Of a stretch of 63,252 bases of DNA, positions 24,229 through 32,585 are shown piece after piece. Made by a program: the position numbers and the translations under genes. How positions within the stretch are numbered: position 1 is the stretch's first letter; each line of letters opens with the position of its first letter. Source of the stretch: Sulfuricaulis sp. (GTDB lineage: Bacteria; Pseudomonadota; Gammaproteobacteria; Acidiferrobacterales; Sulfurifustaceae); NCBI GenBank assembly GCA_024654125.1, contig JANLIC010000007.1, forward strand, positions 1 through 63,252, written 5' to 3'. The notes beneath the pieces were generated by a model that was not told the origin of the DNA, searched no databases, and was given only the letters and a program-made list of their open reading frames with translations.

Positions 24229-24349
24229 ATGATATTCATAATATTAACTTATGATGAGGAATTGAGGCGGGCGGTCGATTAATGGGCAGGTTTTATTGTC
24301 GGCGTCACTCTTTAATCAGTGACGCCGTTTCCATGGAGTCGCTTAGGCA

Positions 24350-24520
24350 ATGACAAACACTTTACAGAATAAAAAAATCACCAAAGAACATAGACCTAAT
24401 AATACCAAGGAGCATTCGAATTGGGGCGCCAAGCTTTTTGTTGGCACTTTGTTCGCGGTACTGGCGTTCTTTTGGTGGTTGCTCATTCATTCTGGCGGCG
24501 TCGGGGGACATCACGGTTAG
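24350..24520 (+). CDS. Small single-TM protein (56 aa), not in the ORF track
   Basis: MTNTLQNKK...WGAKLFVGTLFAVLAFFWWLLIHSGGVGGHHG; GGAG upstream; first ORF of the bd-like operon. Confidence 0.6.
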   Translation: MTNTLQNKKITKEHRPNNTKEHSNWGAKLFVGTLFAVLAFFWWLLIHSGGVGGHHG

Positions 24521-24559
24521 CCTGTTGGGCATCTTGATGTCTTCTCAAAGAGAGATTTT

Positions 24560-24712
24560 ATGAGCACAGCGAAACATAATCGACATTTAGGCAAAACGAT
24601 GACCTGGGCAGCCGCAATCGCCGTCGCACTGGTCGCTTTTTATTTCATGGACCATTTTGTCATGAGCATCCAGGGGTTGCCGCTTAACTGGAATCTCACC
24701 CCGGCGCAGTAA
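24560..24712 (+). CDS. Small single-TM protein (50 aa), not in the ORF track
   Basis: MSTAKHNRHLGKTMTWAAAIAVALVAFYFMDHFVMSIQGLPLNWNLTPAQ; purine-rich RBS-like agagag upstream. Confidence 0.6.
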   Translation: MSTAKHNRHLGKTMTWAAAIAVALVAFYFMDHFVMSIQGLPLNWNLTPAQ

Positions 24713-24731
24713 CGATCGGCATCCGGTTAAT

Positions 24732-26630
24732 TTGAAACGGCTAGGACAAAAAAAGGTGAAATCGGTTTTGTATTTCCCCTTACTGTGGACATGGCGTCGT
24801 GTGCTACTGGTCCTGATGACGGCGATCATCGGGCTCGGTGCCGGCGGATTTCCCTTCACGGCTTCGGCTGCCGACCCAGCGCAGGAGCAGCAGATTACCG
24901 CCGCTGACAGCGGGGGAATTACGGGTGAAACCAAGGCATCGCTCATCCTCGCGCCGAAACTCAAGCGCGCGGATTATCCAAATATAGGCGTGAGCAGCCG
25001 CGCCATTGTCTGGGTTGTCGCCCAGATGCACCTGTTTTTTGGCGCCTTGGTGCTGGCGGTTCCCATCTTCGTGCTGGTCATCGAATTCATCGGTTTCAAG
25101 ACCAACGATGATCGTTACGACGACATGGCGCATGAGTTTATGAAGATCAGCCTTACCGCCTACGCCATAACGGCGTTGTTCGGTGGCACTCTGGCGCTTT
25201 CCCTGTTTTTGCTCTACCCCGATTTTATGAACTATATGATGCGGGTATTCGGATCGCAGATGCTGGTCTATGCGGTTTTGTTTTTCCTTGAGAGCATGCT
25301 GCTCTATATCTATTACTACGGATGGAATGCCCTACGCTACGGCAATAGTAAGTGGGTTCACTTGACCTTGGGACTACTGCTAAACGCCGTCGGCACCACG
25401 CTGTTGGTGGTCGCCAACTCCTGGACAACTTTTATGATGGCACCTTCCGGGGTCGATTCGGCGGGCGCCGTGATCGGCAATATCTGGGAGATCATGAAAG
25501 GCCCGTTGTGGAACCCGTTAAACCTGCATCGCTTTATCGCCAACGTCGCCTTTGGCGGCGCGGTCGTGGGGGCGTATGCGGCCTTCAAGTTTCTCTGCGC
25601 AAAGACCGCCGCGGACAAGGCCCACTACGATTGGATGGGCTATACCTCGAATTTCATCGCGATACTCGCGTTCCTGCCATTACCGTTTGCCGGTTACTGG
25701 CTGATGGCCGAAATCTACGCATACTCCCAGCAGATGGGCATCCTGGCGATGGGCGGCATTCTGGCGTGGCTGTTCGTCATCCAGGCGGTGCTCATTTGCA
25801 CCATTTTGTTCGCCGGCAATTATTATCTCTGGTCCGGGATGGCACGCACCGAGGGCAGCGAACGCTACCAATGGCTAATTAAGTATATTGCTGTCGTGCT
25901 GGTGTTTGGTTTTCTTGTCTGGGTGACACCCCACAACGTGATTTTCACCACCAATGAAATCGCCAAATTGGGCGGCGGGCATCACCCCGTATTGGGACCC
26001 TTGGGCATCATGCCGGCAAAGAATATCGCCGTGTTTTTGATGCTCATCTTCACGTTTCTTTCCTTTCAAATCTATCGGCGCGCCGACAAGGTCATCACCG
26101 TCTCCTGGCAAGCTTGGGGTAACACGTTGATGGCCGCCATTTACATCGTGGCGTGCGCCAACGTGATTTTTGCCGGTGTCTACTACGGTTATTTCACCAA
26201 CACCGTCTATAAGGTGGGCTCCAGCGTCATGCAGGTGGCGTCCACGCTGGCTGTGATCGTCGCCGGGTCGGTGATCGACACGCTGATGTTCAAGGGGGCA
26301 AAAACCCTGCCGTCCTCTTGGGGCAAGGTTTCCGACCGCTCCCAATATGCCCTGTTCGCGCTGCCGGTTGCCTTTACCTGGCTGATGGCGCTGATGGGTT
26401 ATGTCCGTTCTTCCGTGCGCACTCACTGGCACGTGTACACGGTAATGAAGGACAACTCCCCCGATAATTTCATTCCCACGCTGGCAACCGTTGGCAACAC
26501 GGTCACCTTCGCGACCGTGTTATTTCTGATATTTCTGCTCTTTATTTTCTGGATCGCCAATTTGAGCGGCATTAAACAAAAACCTCCCGTCTCCGCGGGC
26601 AAAATCGTGCCGGCGGAAAGTGCGGCATGA
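24732..26630 (+). CDS. Cytochrome bd-like oxidase subunit I family protein (start uncertain)
   Basis: QMHLFFG (His in TM1), FFLES..LYIYYYGW, ANSWTTFMMAPSG, WNPLNLHRFIAN, MGYVRS; many TMs; no cydB follows. Confidence 0.82.
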   Translation: MKRLGQKKVKSVLYFPLLWTWRRVLLVLMTAIIGLGAGGFPFTASAADPAQEQQITAADSGGITGETKASLILAPKLKRADYPNIGVSSRAIVWVVAQMHLFFGALVLAVPIFVLVIEFIGFKTNDDRYDDMAHEFMKISLTAYAITALFGGTLALSLFLLYPDFMNYMMRVFGSQMLVYAVLFFLESMLLYIYYYGWNALRYGNSKWVHLTLGLLLNAVGTTLLVVANSWTTFMMAPSGVDSAGAVIGNIWEIMKGPLWNPLNLHRFIANVAFGGAVVGAYAAFKFLCAKTAADKAHYDWMGYTSNFIAILAFLPLPFAGYWLMAEIYAYSQQMGILAMGGILAWLFVIQAVLICTILFAGNYYLWSGMARTEGSERYQWLIKYIAVVLVFGFLVWVTPHNVIFTTNEIAKLGGGHHPVLGPLGIMPAKNIAVFLMLIFTFLSFQIYRRADKVITVSWQAWGNTLMAAIYIVACANVIFAGVYYGYFTNTVYKVGSSVMQVASTLAVIVAGSVIDTLMFKGAKTLPSSWGKVSDRSQYALFALPVAFTWLMALMGYVRSSVRTHWHVYTVMKDNSPDNFIPTLATVGNTVTFATVLFLIFLLFIFWIANLSGIKQKPPVSAGKIVPAESAA

Positions 26631-27454
26631 ATATATTGATAAAAACCCTGGGCTTCAGTCTCGCGCTGATCCTGACATTTACCGCCGTGAGTTACGTGCT
26701 TCCGCAGATGAAGGGCGAGGCGCCGGTGGAGAAAGAGATGGATGTGGGGGCATTGACCATGGATTCCTTCATTGCCATGGGAAAGGATTTATACCAGGGG
26801 AAGGGGACCTGCACGCTGTGCCACAATCAGCTCGGCCGGGCGCCCGACCTCCTGGCGCTCAATGTGGAAAAGACATCGTTGGAGCGGTTGGCGGATTCCC
26901 GCTACCAGGGCAAGGCCAAGAACACAGAAGGCTATCTGCGCGAGTCCATGCTGGAGCCGAATATTTATGTCGTCAAGGGGTTCGGTAAGAAGGGCACCAA
27001 CGATGCCGAGTCGCCCATGCCCGCCATCGACAAGCCCCCCGCCCAACTCTCCCAGGTGGAAATCGACGCCATCATCGCCTTTCTGCAGCACAAGGATGGC
27101 AACAAGGTGACCGTGGCGCTGCCAACGAAAACTTCTTTGCCCGCGGCGGCGGAGGAAAAAACCGCGCCGGCCAAACCCGCGCTTGCGCAAAGCCCCGAGG
27201 AGGCGATCGCAAAATTCGGTTGCGCCGCCTGTCATTCCATTCTGAAGACGGAATCAACGGTCGGACCGAACCTGAACGACGTCGGCAAGCGGCTAAGCAT
27301 CGCCCAGATCCGGGAGAGCATCATCGCGCCGGGCACGGTGATCGCCGAGGGTTATCCGCCCATCATGCCCGATCTTTCCGAAAAGATGACGACAAAAGAA
27401 TTGGAAATTATGGCGCAATTTCTGGCGCAACAAAAAACCAAGACGCAACCGTGA
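26627..27454 (+). CDS. Membrane-anchored diheme cytochrome c
   Basis: N-terminal TM, CTLCH and CAACH, YLRESMLEP and IRESIIAP motifs; ATGA overlap with the upstream gene. Confidence 0.88.
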   Translation: MNILIKTLGFSLALILTFTAVSYVLPQMKGEAPVEKEMDVGALTMDSFIAMGKDLYQGKGTCTLCHNQLGRAPDLLALNVEKTSLERLADSRYQGKAKNTEGYLRESMLEPNIYVVKGFGKKGTNDAESPMPAIDKPPAQLSQVEIDAIIAFLQHKDGNKVTVALPTKTSLPAAAEEKTAPAKPALAQSPEEAIAKFGCAACHSILKTESTVGPNLNDVGKRLSIAQIRESIIAPGTVIAEGYPPIMPDLSEKMTTKELEIMAQFLAQQKTKTQP

Positions 27455-29850
27455 ATTGGAAGATATCCGCTTTTTGGCAGGCTGTTACCGTGGTTGTTTG
27501 CGCCTGGTTGATTTTCAACTGGGCCTTTCCGCCATTTATGCCGAGGTCATTGATGATCACCTTTATGGTCATCACGGTCATCGGTGTCATTCTTTACTTC
27601 TCCAGCGAGGATCGGCGTTGGAGCGAATTCAAGGCGCCGATCATCGCCACGCTGCGTGACGACGGCAAACAGACGCTGCGCTGGGCCTTGCTTATTTTCA
27701 TACCGCTTTTGTTCGGCTATACCGCATACGATGCGGTGAAACCCTCGTTCGAAACCCCGATGGAGCTGCGTCAGGTCCATCCCGCCCCACCCGCCTCCCT
27801 ACGGGTTTACGACAAAAGTTATGACCTGGCGACACTCGAGAACCCGCTGCGGTTAAAAATATTAGAACAACTCAACAGCAACCCGGATCTGGCGTGGGAG
27901 AATTACAAGAAGACAGTGCATGCGGGAAGTACGGTCTATTTCCGCAACTGCTTTTATTGCCACGGCGATCTCCTGGGGGGAGAGGGGCATTTCGCCAAGG
28001 GTTTCGATCCCCTCCCCACCGACTTCCGGGACGTGGGCACGATCGCGCAGCTGCAGGAGTCTTTCCTGTTCTGGCGCATCACCACCGGTGGGCCCGGATT
28101 GCCCCAGGGCGGGATGCCGTGGAAATCGGCCATGCCGGTTTGGCACGAGATGCTGAGCGAGGAGGAAGTCTGGCAGGTAATCACCTTTCTCTATGACTAT
28201 GTGGAGCAAGTGCCGCGCATGTGGGATCAAGCAACCTCCAGGGCGGTCAGCGGGATGAAGGACAAGATCGCCTCAGAACGGGCCAAGATGACCAGCGAGG
28301 AGATCTACCAGTTTCGTTGCGCCGTGTGTCACGGCGAGGAAGGTGCGGGGGACGGGCCGGCGGCCGAGTTCCTCAACCCGCGGCCGCGGGATTTCACCCA
28401 AGGATTCTTGAAATACAAGACCTCGCCCGGTGCGCGTCCGCCGCGCGACGAGGATCTGTTCAACATTATTAAATATGGTTTGGTCGGTACCAGCATGCCG
28501 GGGTGGTCGGAGGTGCTGAGCGATGCGCAGATCAACGACCTGATTACGCTCATGAAGAGCTTCGATACCTCCTACACCTGGGCGCCAGTGGATGCCCCAG
28601 AGGAAGACTTTGACGAGGACGGCCGTTACCGGAAATCCGATTTCAAGGTCGTCACCGAACGGGAGCCGACCGACGGCCAGGTTCCCTACTCACCCGAATC
28701 CATCGCCCGGGGTAAGGAGGTGTTTGAGGAAAACTGCGAGAAATGTCACGGCGTCGGAGGCCGCGGTGACATCACTTCCGGCGAGTTCTTGGACGATGAC
28801 TGGGGCTACCGCGTCTGGGCGCGCGACCTGACCAAGCCCTGGACCTGGCGGATAACCGAGGTAGGGTCCGGAAACGACAACAAGAACCGGGATGAAACGA
28901 TCCGAAATATCTACACGCGCCTCTCGGTCGGCATACCGGGTACCCCGATGCCTGCGCATCGCGCCACCGAGGAGGGAGAGGAGGACTCGATCACCCTGGA
29001 GGACCGTTGGCATGTTGCTAACTACACCTATTCATTGCGTAGCAACCGTTCCGCGCCCGGCAAGAGCACGGTGATTGAAGGCGTGGAGGTGGCGAGCGAA
29101 TTGCCCAAAAGCGTGGCGGATGAGGCCTGGCAGCAGGCGCCGGCCACCTCCTTTCGGTTGGTGCCCAATATCATAAAAGAGAAGCGCCTGTTCACGCCGC
29201 TCAATAATGCGATAACCGTGCAAGCCCTTTACAACGACCGCGAGATCGCCTTTTTGCTGGAGGTGAACGACCGCACCGACAGCCGCCCCGGCGGACCGGT
29301 GACCGAGCGTTTCCCAGATGGCGCGGACCGGACCGTGTATCCCGACGCTGTTGCGATCCAATTTCCAAAACAGGGTGCCTACTCGACGGCACCGGTTGAA
29401 AAACCCCTATACCGCCACGGGGACCCAGAACATCCCACCACCATCTGGTATTGGAACGCCGGCTCGGTGAAACCCGCGATTGAGCCGCGGGCCGTGCTAC
29501 TGGATGCGACCGGTCCCGATACCAAGCTGATCACGCGTGCGAGTGGCAATGACCTTGCAGCGAGCGGCAAGTGGGAGGACGGCCGCTGGCGCGTGCTGAT
29601 GAAACGCCCGCGTAACAGCAACGGCTTGCAGGACATGAGCTTTCCCAAAGGGCAATTCATCCCGGTGTCGTTTGCGAACTGGGATGGGAACAACGGCGAG
29701 ATCGGCTCCAAACACACCATGACGACGTGGGTCTGGCTGCTACTGCCACCGGATATCGATTACACCCGGGTCTATGGCATCCCCCTGGGGACCATTGTGG
29801 GTAGCTTCCTGGCAGGTATCCTGTTGGTCCGGACCCAACGGCGAAAATAG
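27451..29850 (+). CDS. Membrane triheme cytochrome c fused to an ethylbenzene-dehydrogenase-gamma-like (heme b) domain
   Basis: GTG start overlaps the upstream stop; three N-terminal TMs; CFYCH, CAVCH, CEKCH; DAVAIQFP...IWYW...GKWEDGRWRVLMKR...FANWDGNNGEIGSKH; C-terminal TM. Confidence 0.82.
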   Translation: MNWKISAFWQAVTVVVCAWLIFNWAFPPFMPRSLMITFMVITVIGVILYFSSEDRRWSEFKAPIIATLRDDGKQTLRWALLIFIPLLFGYTAYDAVKPSFETPMELRQVHPAPPASLRVYDKSYDLATLENPLRLKILEQLNSNPDLAWENYKKTVHAGSTVYFRNCFYCHGDLLGGEGHFAKGFDPLPTDFRDVGTIAQLQESFLFWRITTGGPGLPQGGMPWKSAMPVWHEMLSEEEVWQVITFLYDYVEQVPRMWDQATSRAVSGMKDKIASERAKMTSEEIYQFRCAVCHGEEGAGDGPAAEFLNPRPRDFTQGFLKYKTSPGARPPRDEDLFNIIKYGLVGTSMPGWSEVLSDAQINDLITLMKSFDTSYTWAPVDAPEEDFDEDGRYRKSDFKVVTEREPTDGQVPYSPESIARGKEVFEENCEKCHGVGGRGDITSGEFLDDDWGYRVWARDLTKPWTWRITEVGSGNDNKNRDETIRNIYTRLSVGIPGTPMPAHRATEEGEEDSITLEDRWHVANYTYSLRSNRSAPGKSTVIEGVEVASELPKSVADEAWQQAPATSFRLVPNIIKEKRLFTPLNNAITVQALYNDREIAFLLEVNDRTDSRPGGPVTERFPDGADRTVYPDAVAIQFPKQGAYSTAPVEKPLYRHGDPEHPTTIWYWNAGSVKPAIEPRAVLLDATGPDTKLITRASGNDLAASGKWEDGRWRVLMKRPRNSNGLQDMSFPKGQFIPVSFANWDGNNGEIGSKHTMTTWVWLLLPPDIDYTRVYGIPLGTIVGSFLAGILLVRTQRRK

Positions 29851-29863
29851 TATTTGGACCTAA

Positions 29864-30004
29864 CAGGGTGATGCAAAACTCTCTGTCACCCAGGCAACAG
29901 GCGTGGTCTAGCTATTCAACGTCAGGAAAATAGATGGTTTCTGGATGCCGACTTTCGTTGGCAGAGTAGCGAGCGTGACTATTTTTGAGTTTTGCATCAC
30001 CCTG
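29864..30004. mobile_element. 141-bp MITE with 18-bp perfect terminal IRs and a 4-bp CTAA target duplication
   Basis: ctaa|cagggtgatgcaaaactc ... gagttttgcatcaccctg|ctaa. Confidence 0.8.
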
Positions 30005-30011
30005 CTAACCG

Positions 30012-30419
30012 TTATATCCCGCTCTTGTTCCCACTGAAGATCCGGTGCTGCCGCGCCGCCTTGGTCACCGCCTCGATCAACTTCTCTTTTTCCACCGGCT
30101 TGACGAGATATTCGACGACGCCATCCTTCAAGAACTCCACGGCCAGGTTCATATCCGGGTAACCCGTCAGTACGATCACAGGAGTGGAAGAATATTCCCG
30201 GCGGAAATAGGCGACCGCTTCCACGCCGTTGATCTTGGGCATCCGGATATCGCAGATGATCACATCCACCGCCAAGGGATTGTCCAAGGCATTGAGGAGT
30301 TTGATCCCCTTTTCTCCGTTCTCTGCCTCTATCACCTCATAATCCGTTCCCCTGAGTTGGAGCCGGACTGTTTTACGGACCTCTTCCTCGTCATCGATAA
30401 CTAGCACCTTGTGTAACAT
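30012..30419 (-). CDS. Stand-alone response regulator receiver
   Basis: VLVIDDE, CDIRMPKING, VLTG, YLVKP; no output domain. Confidence 0.9.
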   Translation of the reverse strand: MLHKVLVIDDEEEVRKTVRLQLRGTDYEVIEAENGEKGIKLLNALDNPLAVDVIICDIRMPKINGVEAVAYFRREYSSTPVIVLTGYPDMNLAVEFLKDGVVEYLVKPVEKEKLIEAVTKAARQHRIFSGNKSGI

Positions 30420-30433
30420 TCCAACCCCTCCTT

Positions 30434-31615
30434 TCAGTCTTCCGCCACAATGGGAAATAGGATCGTAAAGGTTGTCCCCACCCCTTCCTGGCTTTCTACG
30501 CGAATGTTTCCATCATACTTTTTGACAATCTGCTGCACAATATATAGTCCCAAGCCTTCTCCCTCGTCCGGTCCCTTGGTGGTAAAGAACGGATCGAAGA
30601 TCTTCCCGAGGTTCTCCACCGGCATCCCTGAACCTCGATCCCGGACCTGTATCCGCACCCGGTTGTCCTCCCGGCGGCTGCTTATCTCCAGCACGCCCTT
30701 GCCATCCATCGCTTGAATGCCGTTGCGAATGATATTGAAAAACACCTGTTGAATCTCCTCCGGCTTCGCCAGAATCTCGGGAATCGGCACGGTGTCCTGA
30801 CGTATCTCAATATCATCGCTCTCAAGTGAACGTCTGGCCACTTGAATGGCGGCAGAGATCGATGCGTTCACATCCACGTGCTGCAGATCATGTTTCCCGC
30901 TGGGCTGAGCATATCGAGACAGGTTCTTTACCGTTTCTGCAATTTGCTTACTATATTTGATGATGTCTTCGCTGTATTCGCGACACAGAGTGATGTCTTT
31001 CTCGCCCCTGATCGCCTCGGCCATCCCCAGTATGCAATAGAGTGGATTATTGATCTCGTGCCCGACGCCGCTGACCAATGTGCCGATCGCGGCCATCTTT
31101 TCCGTCTGGATGAGTTGCTCCATGACGCGTTCTTTTTCAAGTTGTGCCTCGTGGAGTTCACGCGTGCGTTCCGCGACCAGTTCCTCCAGATGTTCCTCGT
31201 GCCGCCGCAATCGATCTTCGATCGCCTTGCGTTGGGTAATATCGATGACGGTGGCGACCGCCAGCCGCCCTTCCTCGGTCTCGCCGGGGCGCAGGCCGAT
31301 TTCGACCGGAAATATTCGCCCGTCCTTGCTTACCGCATCGAAATTCCGGCCCGCACCCATTGCGCGGGTTGCGGGGTTGGCGTTGAACGCGGCTCGGTGG
31401 TGCCGGTGGGCCTCCGCATCCTTCTTGGGAATCAAGATCTCGACGGGTTGGTCCAACAGTTCGTCCGCACCGTAACCGAACATTTCCAACAGCGCCCGAT
31501 TGGCGAACACGATACGTCCGCTTTCGTCCGCCACCAGTATGCCGGACGGTGAGGCACGTACCGCCAGCCGAAGCAGCTCGTCGGAGACATCTTTCGGCTG
31601 CATCGGTTTCCTCAT
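30434..31615 (-). CDS. Cytoplasmic PAS sensor histidine kinase
   Basis: PAS, GHEINNPL H-box, NIIRNGIQA, DRGSG, FFTTK...GLGL. Confidence 0.9.
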   Translation of the reverse strand: MRKPMQPKDVSDELLRLAVRASPSGILVADESGRIVFANRALLEMFGYGADELLDQPVEILIPKKDAEAHRHHRAAFNANPATRAMGAGRNFDAVSKDGRIFPVEIGLRPGETEEGRLAVATVIDITQRKAIEDRLRRHEEHLEELVAERTRELHEAQLEKERVMEQLIQTEKMAAIGTLVSGVGHEINNPLYCILGMAEAIRGEKDITLCREYSEDIIKYSKQIAETVKNLSRYAQPSGKHDLQHVDVNASISAAIQVARRSLESDDIEIRQDTVPIPEILAKPEEIQQVFFNIIRNGIQAMDGKGVLEISSRREDNRVRIQVRDRGSGMPVENLGKIFDPFFTTKGPDEGEGLGLYIVQQIVKKYDGNIRVESQEGVGTTFTILFPIVAED

Positions 31616-31816
31616 TGACAGGTCTTCTCAAATTAACGATCGTTACCCGTACGTGCTCCCTCCTCACCGCCAATGGATGGTGCCGCCCAAGACCCATTTG
31701 TCAGCCAGCTCAGCGCCGCACAACCCGGCAACCTTTTGAATTTGTTGGGTTCACGCCATACCTATAAACTCGCGGTCCGCGGCGCTGGGAACTCGGATCC
31801 CGATACGGTATCCAGC

Positions 31817-32551
31817 TCAAAGTTTGAGATTAATACTTAGTTCCGTGGTCTTTCCCGTCTCGATCACCACCGGCTGTTGGGATTCTCCCAATTTCTCATG
31901 CCAGATCTTGAGCTTATAGGTTCCAGGCGGAATATCCTTAATGGAGAAGTTTCCATTCTCGTCGGAGAGTACCGTGTAGGGGGTTTCAGCCACGACCCAC
32001 CATCCCTCCATCCAGGAGTGAATATCGCATTTGGCCCGGACTGTCCCTGATCTTCTAATCTTATCCTCCGCCACAACCATCTTGGCGTCGGCCTTGATTT
32101 TCTTGTTGACGTTATAAATACCTTTGCTGACGGTATGGAAGTTATGCCCCACGGGATCGCTGTTTAACACCACCCCTTTGCTTTTCGGTTTGATTAACAA
32201 CACACGCGGGACGAATCTGCACTTCTTTTGATCGTAAACGAATTCCTTAGGGAAGTCCCATTTTTTACCTGATTGAATGCCTTCAATGCTGAGTACGACA
32301 TTCTTTATACCGCCGCTCTTGCTCACCAGTAAGGCTTCGGAAGGCCTGTCGGGACCGCAGGTCGCGACATCCTCATCGACCTTCATCATCTTGGGAGGAG
32401 GCGGTGTACCTTTGAAAATGACCCGGCCATATACCGTGCCGCCATTCTTCACGCCGCCCGCCTGCACCGCATATTCAGCCGCCTCTGCGGCATTGACTCC
32501 GAGGATAAACAAACAGATTGGAATAAGAATAGCCCATCGTACTTGTTTCAT
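31817..32551 (-). CDS. Secreted cupredoxin-like / carboxypeptidase-regulatory-domain protein
   Basis: Signal peptide; DQKKCRFVP, HNFH, CDIHSWM (type-1 Cu-like ligands), IPPGTYKLKIWHE. Confidence 0.72.
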   Translation of the reverse strand: MKQVRWAILIPICLFILGVNAAEAAEYAVQAGGVKNGGTVYGRVIFKGTPPPPKMMKVDEDVATCGPDRPSEALLVSKSGGIKNVVLSIEGIQSGKKWDFPKEFVYDQKKCRFVPRVLLIKPKSKGVVLNSDPVGHNFHTVSKGIYNVNKKIKADAKMVVAEDKIRRSGTVRAKCDIHSWMEGWWVVAETPYTVLSDENGNFSIKDIPPGTYKLKIWHEKLGESQQPVVIETGKTTELSINLKL

Positions 32552-32585
32552 TTGACAGCTCCTTAAGTAAACCTTGGAAAACGTC

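Noticed and set aside
27220-27450. Extended N-termini given by the ORF track (also for lysC, moaA, chrA, chrE, chrF, gltX and the GMC gene)
   Set aside because: They overlap upstream genes or lack family similarity; downstream starts with stop/start overlap or RBS fit better.
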